From assembly GCA_027604505.1 (NCBI GenBank), contig JADIIX010000030.1:124001-183600 (forward strand): a DNA stretch of 59,600 nt. The letters run 5' to 3'. This document shows positions 28,101 to 38,842 of this stretch, one piece after another (within the stretch, counting starts at the first letter, position 1; each line of letters begins with the position of its first letter). The DNA comes from Gonapodya sp. JEL0774 (lineage: Eukaryota). A model generated the notes under the pieces. That model saw only the letters and a list, made by a program, of their open reading frames with translations, was not told where the DNA came from and ran no database searches. The position numbers were made by a program, and so were the translations under genes.

Positions 28101-30016
28101 TCCATATCCACCTTTAAATCGCGCCCTTCCTGGATTGTCTTGAAGTCACTTTCGTCCACATCGATCACCTCAGAGTCCTCATCCACAGCGCTCCACCCGA
28201 AAGTCACTCTTCTTTGAAGCTCCTGCGCCAGCCGCAGGCCTGTGCCCCTCACGGGCACGCTAACCCCTTCTCCTACAATCCTGTTCCCTGTCGCCACAAC
28301 GACACCTTTGCTCTCCTTCTCCTCCACCTTTAGAGTCCAACCTCCTGCTTTCTCGTCGTTCTTTACCATCACAAACTCTCTCCCTCTCTCTGCAGCAATT
28401 CGTCTCGGTACAAACGCTGCACCTTCACCCTTCCCTCCGCTTCTGTTCTTCACCGTCACTGGCTTCCCCGTGATCATTTCCGATACCCGCTGAGTCAAAT
28501 CGTTTCGCCTGATCAAGCCCTCTATCTGGGATTTTGAAAAGTCCAAAGAATTCTTACTGCGCTTCATCATATGGTCCAGGCGCTCATAGTTGGTCGAGCG
28601 GGAGCGAACACGGGATTCTTGAAGGATTTCGTACTGTACTTCCAGAGGAAGGGCGTTGAAGGCATGTGAGTCCATATCGAGGGATTCAATAAGTGACTGG
28701 TAGGGGCACGTGGGAAAACATTAGAAGTGTCCATGGCAAATCCCTGTCACAGACGATCTGAGCATCTCACAATGGCTCCAATCTGTCACTTACTCTATTA
28801 CTTTCAATGAAATCCTTCAGATCCGCGACTGTTGCGAGCCGTCTGTCCCTGCCTCCTGCTTTGAACTTTGTTTCGTCCATAGGCGGCAAGTCAAATTCGT
28901 CCGTAGGCCCCGTCTTGCGTTTCCGAGACGTGGGTAATGGAGTTGCATAATTGTTGGAGGCTGGCACGTTCGATGCGGAGGTGGCAGGAGCAGCCATTCG
29001 GCGGTTCGCCGATGACATCCGTTTCGTGTTGTACGAGTTATTGTGAGGTGTGTTAGACTTGGACGTGGCGTAAATGTCATCGTGGTAGACATATTCGGAT
29101 GGACCAGATGGTGAGGGATTGGACGTGCTTTTAGCACTTCAGAGAGAACGGCAATTGGCAACATGGCACATCAGCAACGGTTGAACAAGGGCCACGACAA
29201 TGCGGCAATTGGCAACATGGCACATCAGCAACGGTTGAACAAGGGCCACGACAATGAGCTGTGGAGATTAAAAACTTGACGATTGGAGCAGTCACCTTGA
29301 AGCCTGTAATTGACCAACAGCGTGCAGTTGAAGCTGCTTCTGAAGTATCTTTTCGGCGGTACGTTGGATGGAATCGCGGACTTGAATGCGGCGCTCTCTG
29401 CGCTTGATCTAAAAGATATTGAAGCTCAATAAGGGTGTACTCCCTCGAGATTGCCCGTCATCATCACGAAGGATGGGCGATGAGTTCGTCCACCTCTTTT
29501 AACAAAGAAAAGTAACGCCTTCTCTTGGATGAGTCGATGTGCTAGTCGTTCCGCAGTCCCATTATGCGCTTGATGGTGCACATCGACCTCACGTCAAAAC
29601 TAACATCTTCACAAGCGCACTCAATTATCCAAAAGGGAACACCTCAGCCTTTCTGGGCAGGGCACTTACGATTGTTGCTCTTTTCAGTGCCGGAACACCG
29701 CCGTCGAAGACGAAAACCGGCTTTATATTGAAGAAGAGGAGTTTGCATATTCGCCTGAAGAAACCGAGAATGTGAGCAGACTTGAGAGGGTTTCCCTCCG
29801 AGTCCTTCATGGCCTTAATAAATTGATGAAGCCATATGCTCGCATCTGGAAGACCAGTCGGGGATTCAAGCAACAATCAGTTGTGAAAGGATCGGGTCTT
29901 CTCATAGTTCGAGAACAGGCGATCTCACCAACGGCAAGCACCCTGTTCCTGAGAGTGTCCAACCTTGTCGGTCTCGCAACGGGTTCAAGCAGCTGCCAAA
30001 GACCTTTCACGCCCAT
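25186..30016 (-). CDS. RAD2: XPG/Rad2 nucleotide excision repair endonuclease
   Basis: [14 protein letters not shown]...LAVDASIW...[22 protein letters not shown], long acidic spacer, [41 protein letters not shown]. The last exon ends in a basic tail at TAA 25186-25188. Confidence 0.95.
29149..29256. repeat. Perfect 54-bp tandem duplication inside a RAD2 intron
   Basis: cggcaattggcaacatggcacatcagcaacggttgaacaagggccacgacaatg occurs at 29149-29202 and 29203-29256. Confidence 0.95.
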
Positions 30017-30150
30017 TCTGTCGCGGTGAGCGGTGTTGTGTATCACAAATATTTCAATGGAATGAGTGGCCTGAACTGTGAGTTTAATTCGCCAGCAGCC
30101 AAAACCGCCATCGCCAAATCAAACATTCGAAATTGCGCGGCACCGACGCA

Positions 30151-32821
30151 ATGTCGTTTTTCACGGTGCGCTTGCAGCAATCTGAACTCCTTGTGCGCCC
30201 CATCGACTGCCGCAGTTCGCTCACCCCTTCGTCATGGTGCCACTGCCTCCATTGCCACTCATCCATGTGGTCCACAGGTCTATTTCTGGGGTCTCACAGT
30301 CACATGCAGTATATGGTGTTGGCAGAACAAGCATTTGCTGTTCCCATCAGCCGGTCAAGGCGGCGACGCAGTCGACGGTCTCGCTCTACAACGACTTAAG
30401 GCCTTCCGGGTAAACTACTTGCTCGTCTACTTCCTCGCAATGTGTGAGTCTTTGTTTTATCATCTAGTTTCTTGCTGCTTTTGGATGCAAGCAAAGGAGA
30501 AATAAGCAATGCGCTGGGAGCGATTTACCTTTCACATGGTTAGGTCAGCTCATGGAATGAATTGAATGGCGGTAAAATGAACATGGGATCAAAGCGATTT
30601 CGGCTTGAACACTTGAACCCTTTCCTTTGATGTGACATATGAGGGTGTCTTGGTTTCGAAATACCACTCAACTCCTCAACGGTGGCTTGATCGACTCAAA
30701 CGGCCACAGATTTCGTCCACTGTGCCTTAATCCGAGTGTGTGGAAGGTTCTTGAGCGATGAGCGTGCGCTAAGCCGAGAACCGCCCGACTTCGCGACCAC
30801 CGCGGACAGAGAGTCAATCGCCTTCTGGACGTCAGCGATTTGAGGGAACACGGAAATTGCGTCTCGAACAAACGCTTCTACACCATGGATGGTTTTCTCA
30901 CATCCCACCGCCAATCAACCGTTCCCCAACATATGCTGTTGGTAGCTGGCGATTGGCTCCAAGGCCCGGCCACCTACCCGATGTATCGTTCGCATGGCCT
31001 GGACAAGTCCACTATCGGTGTCCTCTTTGTTGTCGGGTTTCTATCTGGCGCCGCGAGTGGGCCGTTTGTGGGAACATTGGTGGATAAATTGTGAGTTGGG
31101 GCAGGTTGTGAAGGATAGTTTGGGCGACCCTATGTCAAAAACGTTCGCCATGCCTCTCACTACCCCTTCTGATGTTATATGAATGCTTTGTAGCGGGCGG
31201 AAACGGGGTGCCATCATGCTGTGTGTTACCTACTCCCTTTGCTCCATTCTCATCCAGTACGACAGCATGCCTATTTTGATGGTTGGACGATTTTTTGGAG
31301 GTGTGAGGTGGGTGACCGGAAATTAATAAGTCTCTATTGAAGCTGAAGTCATTTCTTGATCTCCCTGCTGCTAACTTCTCTTTGGGCACTGTGGGAATCA
31401 TACCAACAGCACATCCCTCCTCCACACCGCCTTCGAAGCCTGGCTCACCTACGAGCACTTCCACCGCGGTTTCCCGGCTCCCGCCCTCTCTACCACATTT
31501 GCACTCTCCACGCTCGGAAACTCCATCGTGGCGATCGTCATGGGTCTGGTATCGGACTTTGTCACAAACTGGCGCGGCGACCCCGATAGCCTGGAACCAG
31601 GAGCGCCATTTATGGTGGCTGTGATTGCATTTGGATTGTGTGCCGCCGTTGTGTGGAGCAGCTGGTCGGAGAACTACGGGAGTGGCGGTGGCGGAGTCGC
31701 GCAAGGGGGTGCTCAAACAAGTAGCGTGCAAAAGTTTCAGGAGGCTTTGAAGACGATAGCGACAGGTGAGTGGAGGCGAGTCCTTTCTCGGGGTGTGATT
31801 GCGCCATTGGTTAGCTCACTAGATCAACCACCTACGATGACCAGACAAAGCTATCCTGGCCACTGGTCTCATTCAGGTCCTTTTTGAGACCTGCATGTAC
31901 GTTTTTGTGTTCCTGTGGAGCCCGGTACTGGAGGATCTTGTCACAGGTTTGTAACTAAAGTACGAGGATTCAGCTGTTGCTCCAGTCCCACTGGTCTTAC
32001 CCTTATTATGTGTCTTTTTCTCAATTCGTTCTGCTCTCGATTTTTTGATTCTTATGGCGCCCAAGATGTTCCTTACGGGCTTGTTTTTGCTTGTTTCATG
32101 GTTGCGATCATGATTGGGTCTGTGTTATTCAGGTGGATGTTAGACAGGGGCTGGACTGGCAAAGACATGGCGAAACTGCAGATGACCCTGTCGTCCGTGT
32201 CGATGGTGGCTCTGGTGGTTTCGAAGGTAAGAATACGCTACCGCCAGAGTAGTATTGTTTGCAAGCTCAATCGGTTGCAATCGAACGTTACTTCCAAACA
32301 TTTTTTAATTAACACACATGCGCATGAATGCACTCACACCCCATCCAGAACTTGTACGTTGTGTACACCGCCTTCATCCTGTTTGAAATGTGCTGCGGTA
32401 TCCACTTTCCCCTCGCCGGAACCCTTCGCTCCAAATACGTACCTGAAGACTCCAGGGCCACCATCATGGTGAGTACTCATGGTGCGTCTACGTCCTCACA
32501 AAGACACCACCAATTTTGTAACAACGTATATCATCCATTCAAACACGACGGTAGTCCCTGTTTCGTGTGCCGATGAACATTATGGTGGCGGCTTGCGTCC
32601 TCGCAATCAGGAGCGTTTCCACTACCACTCTTTTTGCTGTGTGTTCCGCCAGTGTCATTTTGGCGCGGTTTGTGGCGGTAGATATGTTTCTGCCAGTTAC
32701 TCCTCTGGGACCTTCCACGCAGTCCACAGAGACAGAGCCGGCTCCCGGAGAGGACGAACTTGGGATGCCGGTTAAGGAGAGTGCGGGATTGGTTGTTGAA
32801 GTGAAAACTGATGGGACTTAG
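30151..32821 (+). CDS. MFSD5/MOT2 family (molybdate-anion transporter-like) MFS protein
   Basis: Spliced MSFFTVYFWGL...NYLLVYFLAM, GDWLQGP, LFVVGFLS, LLHTAFEAWLTYEH, WSENYG, FETCMYVFVFLWSPVL, PYGLVFACFMVAIMIGS, FEMCCGIHFP...LRSKYVPEDSRATIM. Confidence 0.88.
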
Positions 32822-32985
32822 ACTCATTTATTGTATCTCTACCACCACGGCCGCCACGTTCAATTCATGTCTAGAATGTTTTTCAGCATCAACAAATACA
32901 TGACAGTATTCTCTGACTGCTGGCTGATAACATGCTCTGATTCTCAATTTGCCTGTCTTGTTCGTTTGTGCACCTCTAAATACCA

Positions 32986-34211
32986 TCAATCAAATGTATC
33001 GTCAGGATCTCCTCCCAATCTCCGATCCGCTTCTTTCAAGTCCATCCCTATTGACGACGAGTCACCGTTTTTAGACCGTCCCCCACTCCCACTCTCGCCC
33101 AACCCTTCACCATCTGAGTCGCCCAAGGAGCCCACCGAGCTCAGGGCACTGCTACCGTCCATCGTTGTGTCTGATACGTGGGGTATCCGCCCGTCTTGGG
33201 CGACACTCGAAGGAGACGCCACCGTCACCGCGACTCCTGAGGTGACGACCCCCTGTCCAATCTTGCTCATCACGAACTTGAGTTTCATCGGCAGGTGGGG
33301 TTTCTCTACTGAACTTGGCGATACTGTTGCCGCACCGTGCACCGCGCCATCTTCCCCGTCATCTTCATCATCTTCCGCGTAGTCCTCGTCCTCGTCTTCG
33401 CCATCTGCGGCTTCACCAGGAGCTCCGGGTGCGTTTTCAACGCCCTCGAGTTTCTTTTTCGGTTTGGTTTTAGGGCCACTGAGTTTGTACTCTGCAATGT
33501 TGAAGAACAAAAAAGAAGGTACCGTCATGATCATGTGTGAAGGTTATTCCCTGATCGCAGACTTCGATTTCCAGAATCATCTCACCTTGTAAGCTCGTTT
33601 TTAGGTCCGGAATAAAGCCCTCCAGTCCCAAGATATCCTCCAGAGCTGACAACACATGTTCCTCCCCGATGCTCGTGTGACCCTTGCCTTCCATTACGTC
33701 CCGTGCGGCGTGAGTGATATAAGCGATGAAAATTGGTAGAGAGTGCATGATGGCTGGTAGGGAGTTGAGTCAAGCGAGACGTTTTGGTTCGTATGGTGAA
33801 ACGTCTCAGTGGGTCGACGGGTTCAAGCATCGCCATTCAGCTCTTCCACCCGCTTGGTTAAAGAAGGAATTTTAAGAAAAATCACCTTTTTTAGCATCTT
33901 CTCCAATCATCACACGATTCGGAAGCTGGTGCATTGCCATTGTCGCAGGAACAAGAAAGTCAACAATCGCACCCGCGTTCCGAGACCAGCGAGTCCGATT
34001 ACCAGACATTTCCCGAGGTAGAAAACGTAAGCAAGTAAGAAGGAAAGAACTGGGAATGACGCTTTGCCTTGCTTGAACTCACGTACTCCTTCATAAGCCT
34101 GAATATGACCTTCTTCGGCAACTCCTCCGAGAAGAATTCTTCATGCTTCACGCCATGTGGAATTCCAATTGAGCCCCCAACAGCATCCTTGCTAAGTACA
34201 GATGCGGCCAT
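32986..34211 (-). CDS. Histone-fold protein, DNA polymerase epsilon subunit Dpb4/POLE3-like, with acidic tail
   Basis: ELPKKVIFRLMKE...LPGNV, IFIAYITHAARDV..KGHTSIGEEHVLSALED...FIPDLKTSLQEYK followed by an acidic low-complexity tail. Confidence 0.78.
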
Positions 34212-35383
34212 TAACCAGAGTAGAGAGGAGGACGTATAATTGGGGAATCGAAGCGGAGGAACAGCACCGGCGGGGTGATGACAGAGACCAAGCTGGCGCC
34301 GACCAGATTAGGCGTTTAGATTGCAAAGTAAACGAGTAGACGTGGTAGAAGGGTCCAGAGTCGGCGCGAAAAGAAGGCCGTGTGTGCAAGGAAATTGATC
34401 GTTTGGACTACAAGGTCCCATCTGCGTGATTGGCAGAGACGGCACTAACACCGATCCCTCGCGAAACCCAGTAGCCAGTGCAACAGCACTGATGCCTAAG
34501 CTAATGCTAGAATAGTGAATACCCCAACAAAAGTTCAGATTGCCACCTGCATGTAACACCCTCTTTGTTACACCAGCGCAAGTCGCAGATATGTGAGGCG
34601 CTAAAAGAAAATTCCCAAGCACACTCTCCTACCCTCCCACTTCCCCTCCTTCTCATCTACAATCCCTCACCACAGCATGTGGAATACATCTGTGTGTTGT
34701 GAGAAAAACACAGATACTTGAATTTAACCAATTGCACACCCTGGTTGGCTCATGATAAACACCCACAGAAGAGCTCCGTCATCTGTCTGTCCTCCTCCCT
34801 CTTCCACGACGAGTTTTGCCACCCCCTCCCATATTGCGGGGAGCTCAATGAAGCGCAGTGAAGGAAAGGGGCATTGACAACAATTTGGCGGTATAATGAG
34901 AGGCCAGATCTCATGGTTGAGAAAAACAGCTGCAGAGGGAGTTGGAATGGGCTAAGATGTAGTCGTGCTGTCAGGTAAATATCCATAAAGACATGAGTTT
35001 TTGAAGTATTTGTGAAATGCAACATGTCTCCTACAAGAATGTTTTGGAGACACTTACGGTACAAACAGCAAACTGCTACTTCTGAGGGAAGTTCCGTTGA
35101 GACTACTTCAGGAATAAAGTTCATTTCGTTGAAACCTCTTAAATTACATGAGTGGTAGACCTTGGCCTGCTTTTCCTTAACTTTTGCGTGATGGCGATTG
35201 TGAGTAACTATACAATACCTGAAAAGCTGGCGATCTTCGCAATTTCAGGTTAGTTTGCCGGGATGCGAAGAGCTCTTGACTCTTTGATTCATTGAGCATT
35301 CACTTCTCTTCTGAAATTCGATCTTCCCTATCAACTTACTTCATTCTCGCTCATCGAAGCCGACCTCCTACAATCTACCTGCC

Positions 35384-36874
35384 ATGGCTTCAACAGCTCG
35401 CACTTCTGAGAACACTCTCGGCCTCGTCTTCCACGCAGTGGCGGGTCAATTAGCTCGACAAACAGCAGGTGAGCTGTCAGATTGACGGTGTGCAGGCGGG
35501 GAATCGCCCATCGTGGTTGATTGGGACTCTCTAGTGGTCAAATTGAAGCGATCGAGCGATTGATTAAAGCTGTTGTTGAATCCATGTGGTCACAAACCAG
35601 ACGTACCTTCAGCAAGCTCGCCGGTCACATCTATTGTTATTGTCGGTGGATGGGGCGATGGTGCCCTGTTTCAGCGGACTTCTTCTGACAATGCCGCCGA
35701 GCCGAATTCGTCAATGAATCTCCGAGAGATCCAGGAGGCCGATGAAGCAACCACACAAGTAAAGTCTTGGCTCCCAGCTTACATGGCAGCTTTGACTCCC
35801 AGGCCGCTCATTTCTCCAGCCGATGGAGACCATGTCCGCGACTGCTCATCCCCGGAGCTGATGGGTCTACCTGCCTTCCGGGAACCCCCGGGTCTGTCCC
35901 TTGGCAACCAGGGATCCGCTCTTGATCATCGTGACCTACTCAACATGCTTTCGGACACTCGATTGAAACTCGTTTATGCGAATAGAAAAGCCGACGCCGC
36001 AATGGCTGAAATGACGAACATCGCGCAAAAACTACGGCAGGTACAGCAGCTGAATGAATGTCTCAGATGGAATCTCGTTGAACGAGAACAGAGGGAGGAG
36101 AATTTGTGTCTAGAGGTGGCGGCGGTGGTGGCTGAGCGGGATCAGGCGGTCTCCCAACTCCGCGCAGTCCTTCAGCAGCGAGATCATTGTGAACGCGAGG
36201 CCAGAGCCCTTCGGTCTGAATGCGTCAAGAATCACACCACGGCCATTGTAAGGACCAACGAGGAGAAGGTGCTTCTGAGGTCCGCGATTGAGATGCTCCG
36301 ACTCGAACTGAATGCTCGGGACGAGCGATTGAACGAGTGTAGCAAGATTGTCACTGGTCAAACGAAGGCGATAACGAACCTCAAAGCGAAACTACGCCAA
36401 TCTCGACAGGAGCGAACGGCGGTTGCTGGTGCACGCGAAAACTTACACGCGAATGATTGCCCAGAGGACCATATCGCGGCAACGCAGGTCTCCGTGACCA
36501 CGCAGTGGACTGAGATTGCCGAAGTGGTGAGCGAGGACGGGCTGTTGGAGTTAGAGACGGGCTTGCTGGAGAAGCATTCAGTGTCCGGCCTGACAGTGCC
36601 GTCTCCACCGATGATGCCTCCTCGGCATATCTTGACCAAACCTTCAAGCACTCACGTACCGCGAGGATCACCATCGCCGACATCTCCACCTCCGAACGCT
36701 CGTGGCCATGTCTCTCATGCCGCGAGTGACAAGGCGCCTCAGCGACGCGGATTGGTCAGGGGAGCGTTGACGAAACTCAGGAGGATGTGGACGGGGGCAT
36801 GTGGAAAAGTTGGAATGGTATCGGAGACGCTGCGCACTGTTAGAAGAAGGGATGGGCAGAATGTACAACAGTAG
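35384..36874 (+). CDS. Hypothetical coiled-coil protein
   Basis: Exon 35384-35468 and GT-AG intron 35469-35600 join in frame to a ~425-codon exon with a long heptad-like E/R/L-rich region. No recognisable family. Confidence 0.6.
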
Positions 36875-37010
36875 CAAGCAAACATTAATTGGTTTATATT
36901 TAGGGTGAACCGCATTTCCAAACTACGACCCTCCCCACAGAAAGACAGTCGGCGTGACCGGAAATGGAATCATATGTTCGTCCACGAAACAAAAGACCCT
37001 CTGCCCAATG

Positions 37011-37418
37011 TCAAAACGTCTCAACGACCTTGAAATACAAGCAGACGATCATGGAATCGTCCTGTACGACGTGGTTCGCGGTGCGTGTCCAATAACCGCG
37101 ATGCTGGTCACGCCAGTCCTGGATGTCTACGAAGCCTTCACCCTCCGCATCGGCGAAGCTCCAGGTGACGTCTTTGAAGGGGACGACGTCAACAGCGGTC
37201 ACTTGCAGTACGGCAACCTTTGTGGACTTGTCGTCCCCGACCATGACCAGCTTCTCTCCAACCGTTTCGACCTCCTCACCCTCCGCGCGGTAATCAAGTT
37301 CCAGGAGGCCCGCTGTCGCCGTTTTCTTTCCTTGGAGGATCAGATTGTTGAGTTCAGTGCGAAAGGCACCGGCGGTGCCGAACTCGATGATGCGAAGTCC
37401 GTCTATTTTGCCCCACAT
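37011..37418 (-). CDS. ASCH (PUA-like) domain protein of bacterial type
   Basis: 135 aa, intronless: LILQGKKTATA, VPFKDVTWSFADAEGEG, WRDQHRGYW and IVCLYFKVV, characteristic of small stand-alone bacterial ASCH proteins. Confidence 0.88.
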   Translation of the reverse strand: MWGKIDGLRIIEFGTAGAFRTELNNLILQGKKTATAGLLELDYRAEGEEVETVGEKLVMVGDDKSTKVAVLQVTAVDVVPFKDVTWSFADAEGEGFVDIQDWRDQHRGYWTRTANHVVQDDSMIVCLYFKVVETF

Positions 37419-38059
37419 GATAATGATCGAAGAGGATGGCGACGACGGGAATCAGGATGTATCTGGAAAAGGGATTCGCGTTGCCGTATTAGCTACGATT
37501 CGAGACGGATTTGGATGAAAATTGACGGTCTCGTTTATGGAGAATGGCGAGTGCTGTGGAGGCGGTGTTTTCGACACTAGGTGGGCCTTCCATTTAGTCC
37601 GCCGCATATCGAGTTTGCGTACGACTTCTTCCACATGTTACAGTAGCTGGACGACACTTTGCCCGCACGGCGTCGCACGGGCGGCAACAGCCGTGAATAC
37701 TTGCGTGAACCGTGAGCAAGAACACTGCCCGACACCACAACGGTCTGCCGGGACTGATGCTCCCCGCAAATGCAAAACATTGTATCGAATTCCTGTCTGA
37801 CACACCTTGAATGCCACCATTTCAATCTTATACTCCTTCTAACAGAAGAACGAGTTGAGTGTTCACGTCACACTACAGTACCAATATTCCAATATTTTCA
37901 ACATGTCTGGGATGGTACTTTGAACGCATGGCAAGGCATGATACTGTGTAGGGTTGATTCGGCAGCGAGGTTTCTCAGTTTGCCTCGAGCGAACAAGGGC
38001 TGCCGAATGGGGTCGTTCGGTGCATGAAGTACTTATAAACTAAAACTAAAAAAATACAT

Positions 38060-38064
38060 AAAAA
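38060..38064 (-). terminator. Pol III oligo-T terminator
   Basis: First run of 4 or more T on the minus strand downstream of the tRNA-like leader (TTTTT), followed by T7 and T4 runs to about 38042. Confidence 0.65.
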
Positions 38065-38099
38065 GAACCGGAGTCGGCAGAGGGCGGGGCGGCGCAATG

Positions 38100-38350
38100 T
38101 GCGAATCCACTCAGGCCAATGTTCTGAGGACCGGCGCAGGCGGAGACATGTTCTGCTGAATCAGCTTCTCTGAAACGTTATGCCTCACTTTGCGGTGCGT
38201 GCATGGACCAGGTTACCCGTGGCCTGCCCGCGCCACCTGCGCCTTCGCTCAGGTCGGCCCTCAACATGGTGGCCCATGCACCGGGAGTCCCCAACCGCAC
38301 AGCCTCCGCGATTCGCCCTCTCTTGCGAGATGACAGGTTGGCACCCGGGC
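38100..38350 (-). ncRNA. Signal recognition particle RNA (7SL/SCR1 homologue)
   Basis: Alu domain GCCC-GG(GUGCCAA)CC-UGUCA-UCUC(GCAA)GAGA-GGGC has the UGUNR motif and complementary loops (UGC/GCA). Long helix 5 pairings: GAAUCGC/GUGGAUUC, AGGCUG/UGGCCU, UUGGGGA/UCCUCAG, CCGGUGCA/UGCGCCGG. Helix 6 has a GAAG tetraloop (38232-38258). Helix 8 (38143-38186) is GAGGCAU-AAC-GUUU-CAGA-GAA(GCUGA)UUC-AGCAG-AAC-AUGUCUC, with an A-rich asymmetric loop and the AGCAG motif. Confidence 0.85.
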
Positions 38351-38361
38351 TTATTTTTGAT

Positions 38362-38433
38362 TGCACCCAGTGGGATTCGAACCCCAGCACCCAACCTTCG
38401 CGATGGTGTGTTTCTCCACTCAACCACGGTTGA
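38362..38433 (-). pseudogene. Degenerate tRNA (tRNA-like Pol III promoter/leader)
   Basis: 72-nt tRNA geometry with A box TGGTTGAGTGG (38416-38426) and B box GGTTCGAATCC (38373-38383). Acceptor, anticodon and T stems each carry about 2 mismatches and position 33 is C, not U, so it is unlikely to decode. No T-run follows it. Confidence 0.75.
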
Positions 38434-38842
38434 AATGTCGGAAAAACCAGCAATTTTTTCTTATTCTAGTTTTTGTTTGCAGCTTGATTGTCCTCACCCT
38501 CTCAATCTCCATCAACCACCGCACCCGTTCGAGTCAATGGCATGTCAATTCGCATTTTCGCTAAATTTACGTGCCGCTACAGTTGGCATAGTAACGATAC
38601 GTAACAAAACAATATGTACATGAAACATTGTGGAGATGCGTGTGTGTTTGCGAAAATGCTCCCTCCCTGTGCCAAAATTTCAATTCCAAACAGGCAAATC
38701 AAGACGCTACAAGTGCGAATCTCCCTTGACCAAGAACACGTTATCGTGTTGACCCGTTCCTCGTTCCTGTCTCCCCTTTTCACTTCCCGCGACCGAATTG
38801 TTTTGCGACACAGGCCACACCCCGCTCCAAGAAATTACGCAA

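Noticed and set aside
30696..30698. In-frame TGA as possible selenocysteine codon in the antisense intronic frame
   Set aside because: No redox motif context and no SECIS identified; a nonsense mutation or chance is more likely.
34874..34897. Perfect TTGACA and TATAAT hexamers resembling a sigma70 promoter
   Set aside because: The spacer is 12 bp rather than ~17 and the context is eukaryotic; treated as chance.
36954..37580. 208-aa plus-strand ORF
   Set aside because: Antisense shadow of the ASCH gene with no recognisable motifs.
38281..38358. RNase MRP-like GAGTCCCC...GGGCTTA or HDV-like CAGCCTCC motifs on the plus strand
   Set aside because: Spacing is too short and other conserved elements are missing; the minus-strand SRP fold explains the region much better.
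38362..38433. Functional tRNA (nominal anticodon GCG)
   Set aside because: Mismatches in acceptor, anticodon and T stems and no U33; kept only as a tRNA-like leader.
38060..38433. tRNA-derived SINE or telomerase RNA
   Set aside because: No A-rich tail or target-site duplication and no telomeric template seen; the body has SRP-specific motifs. Copy number was not checkable.
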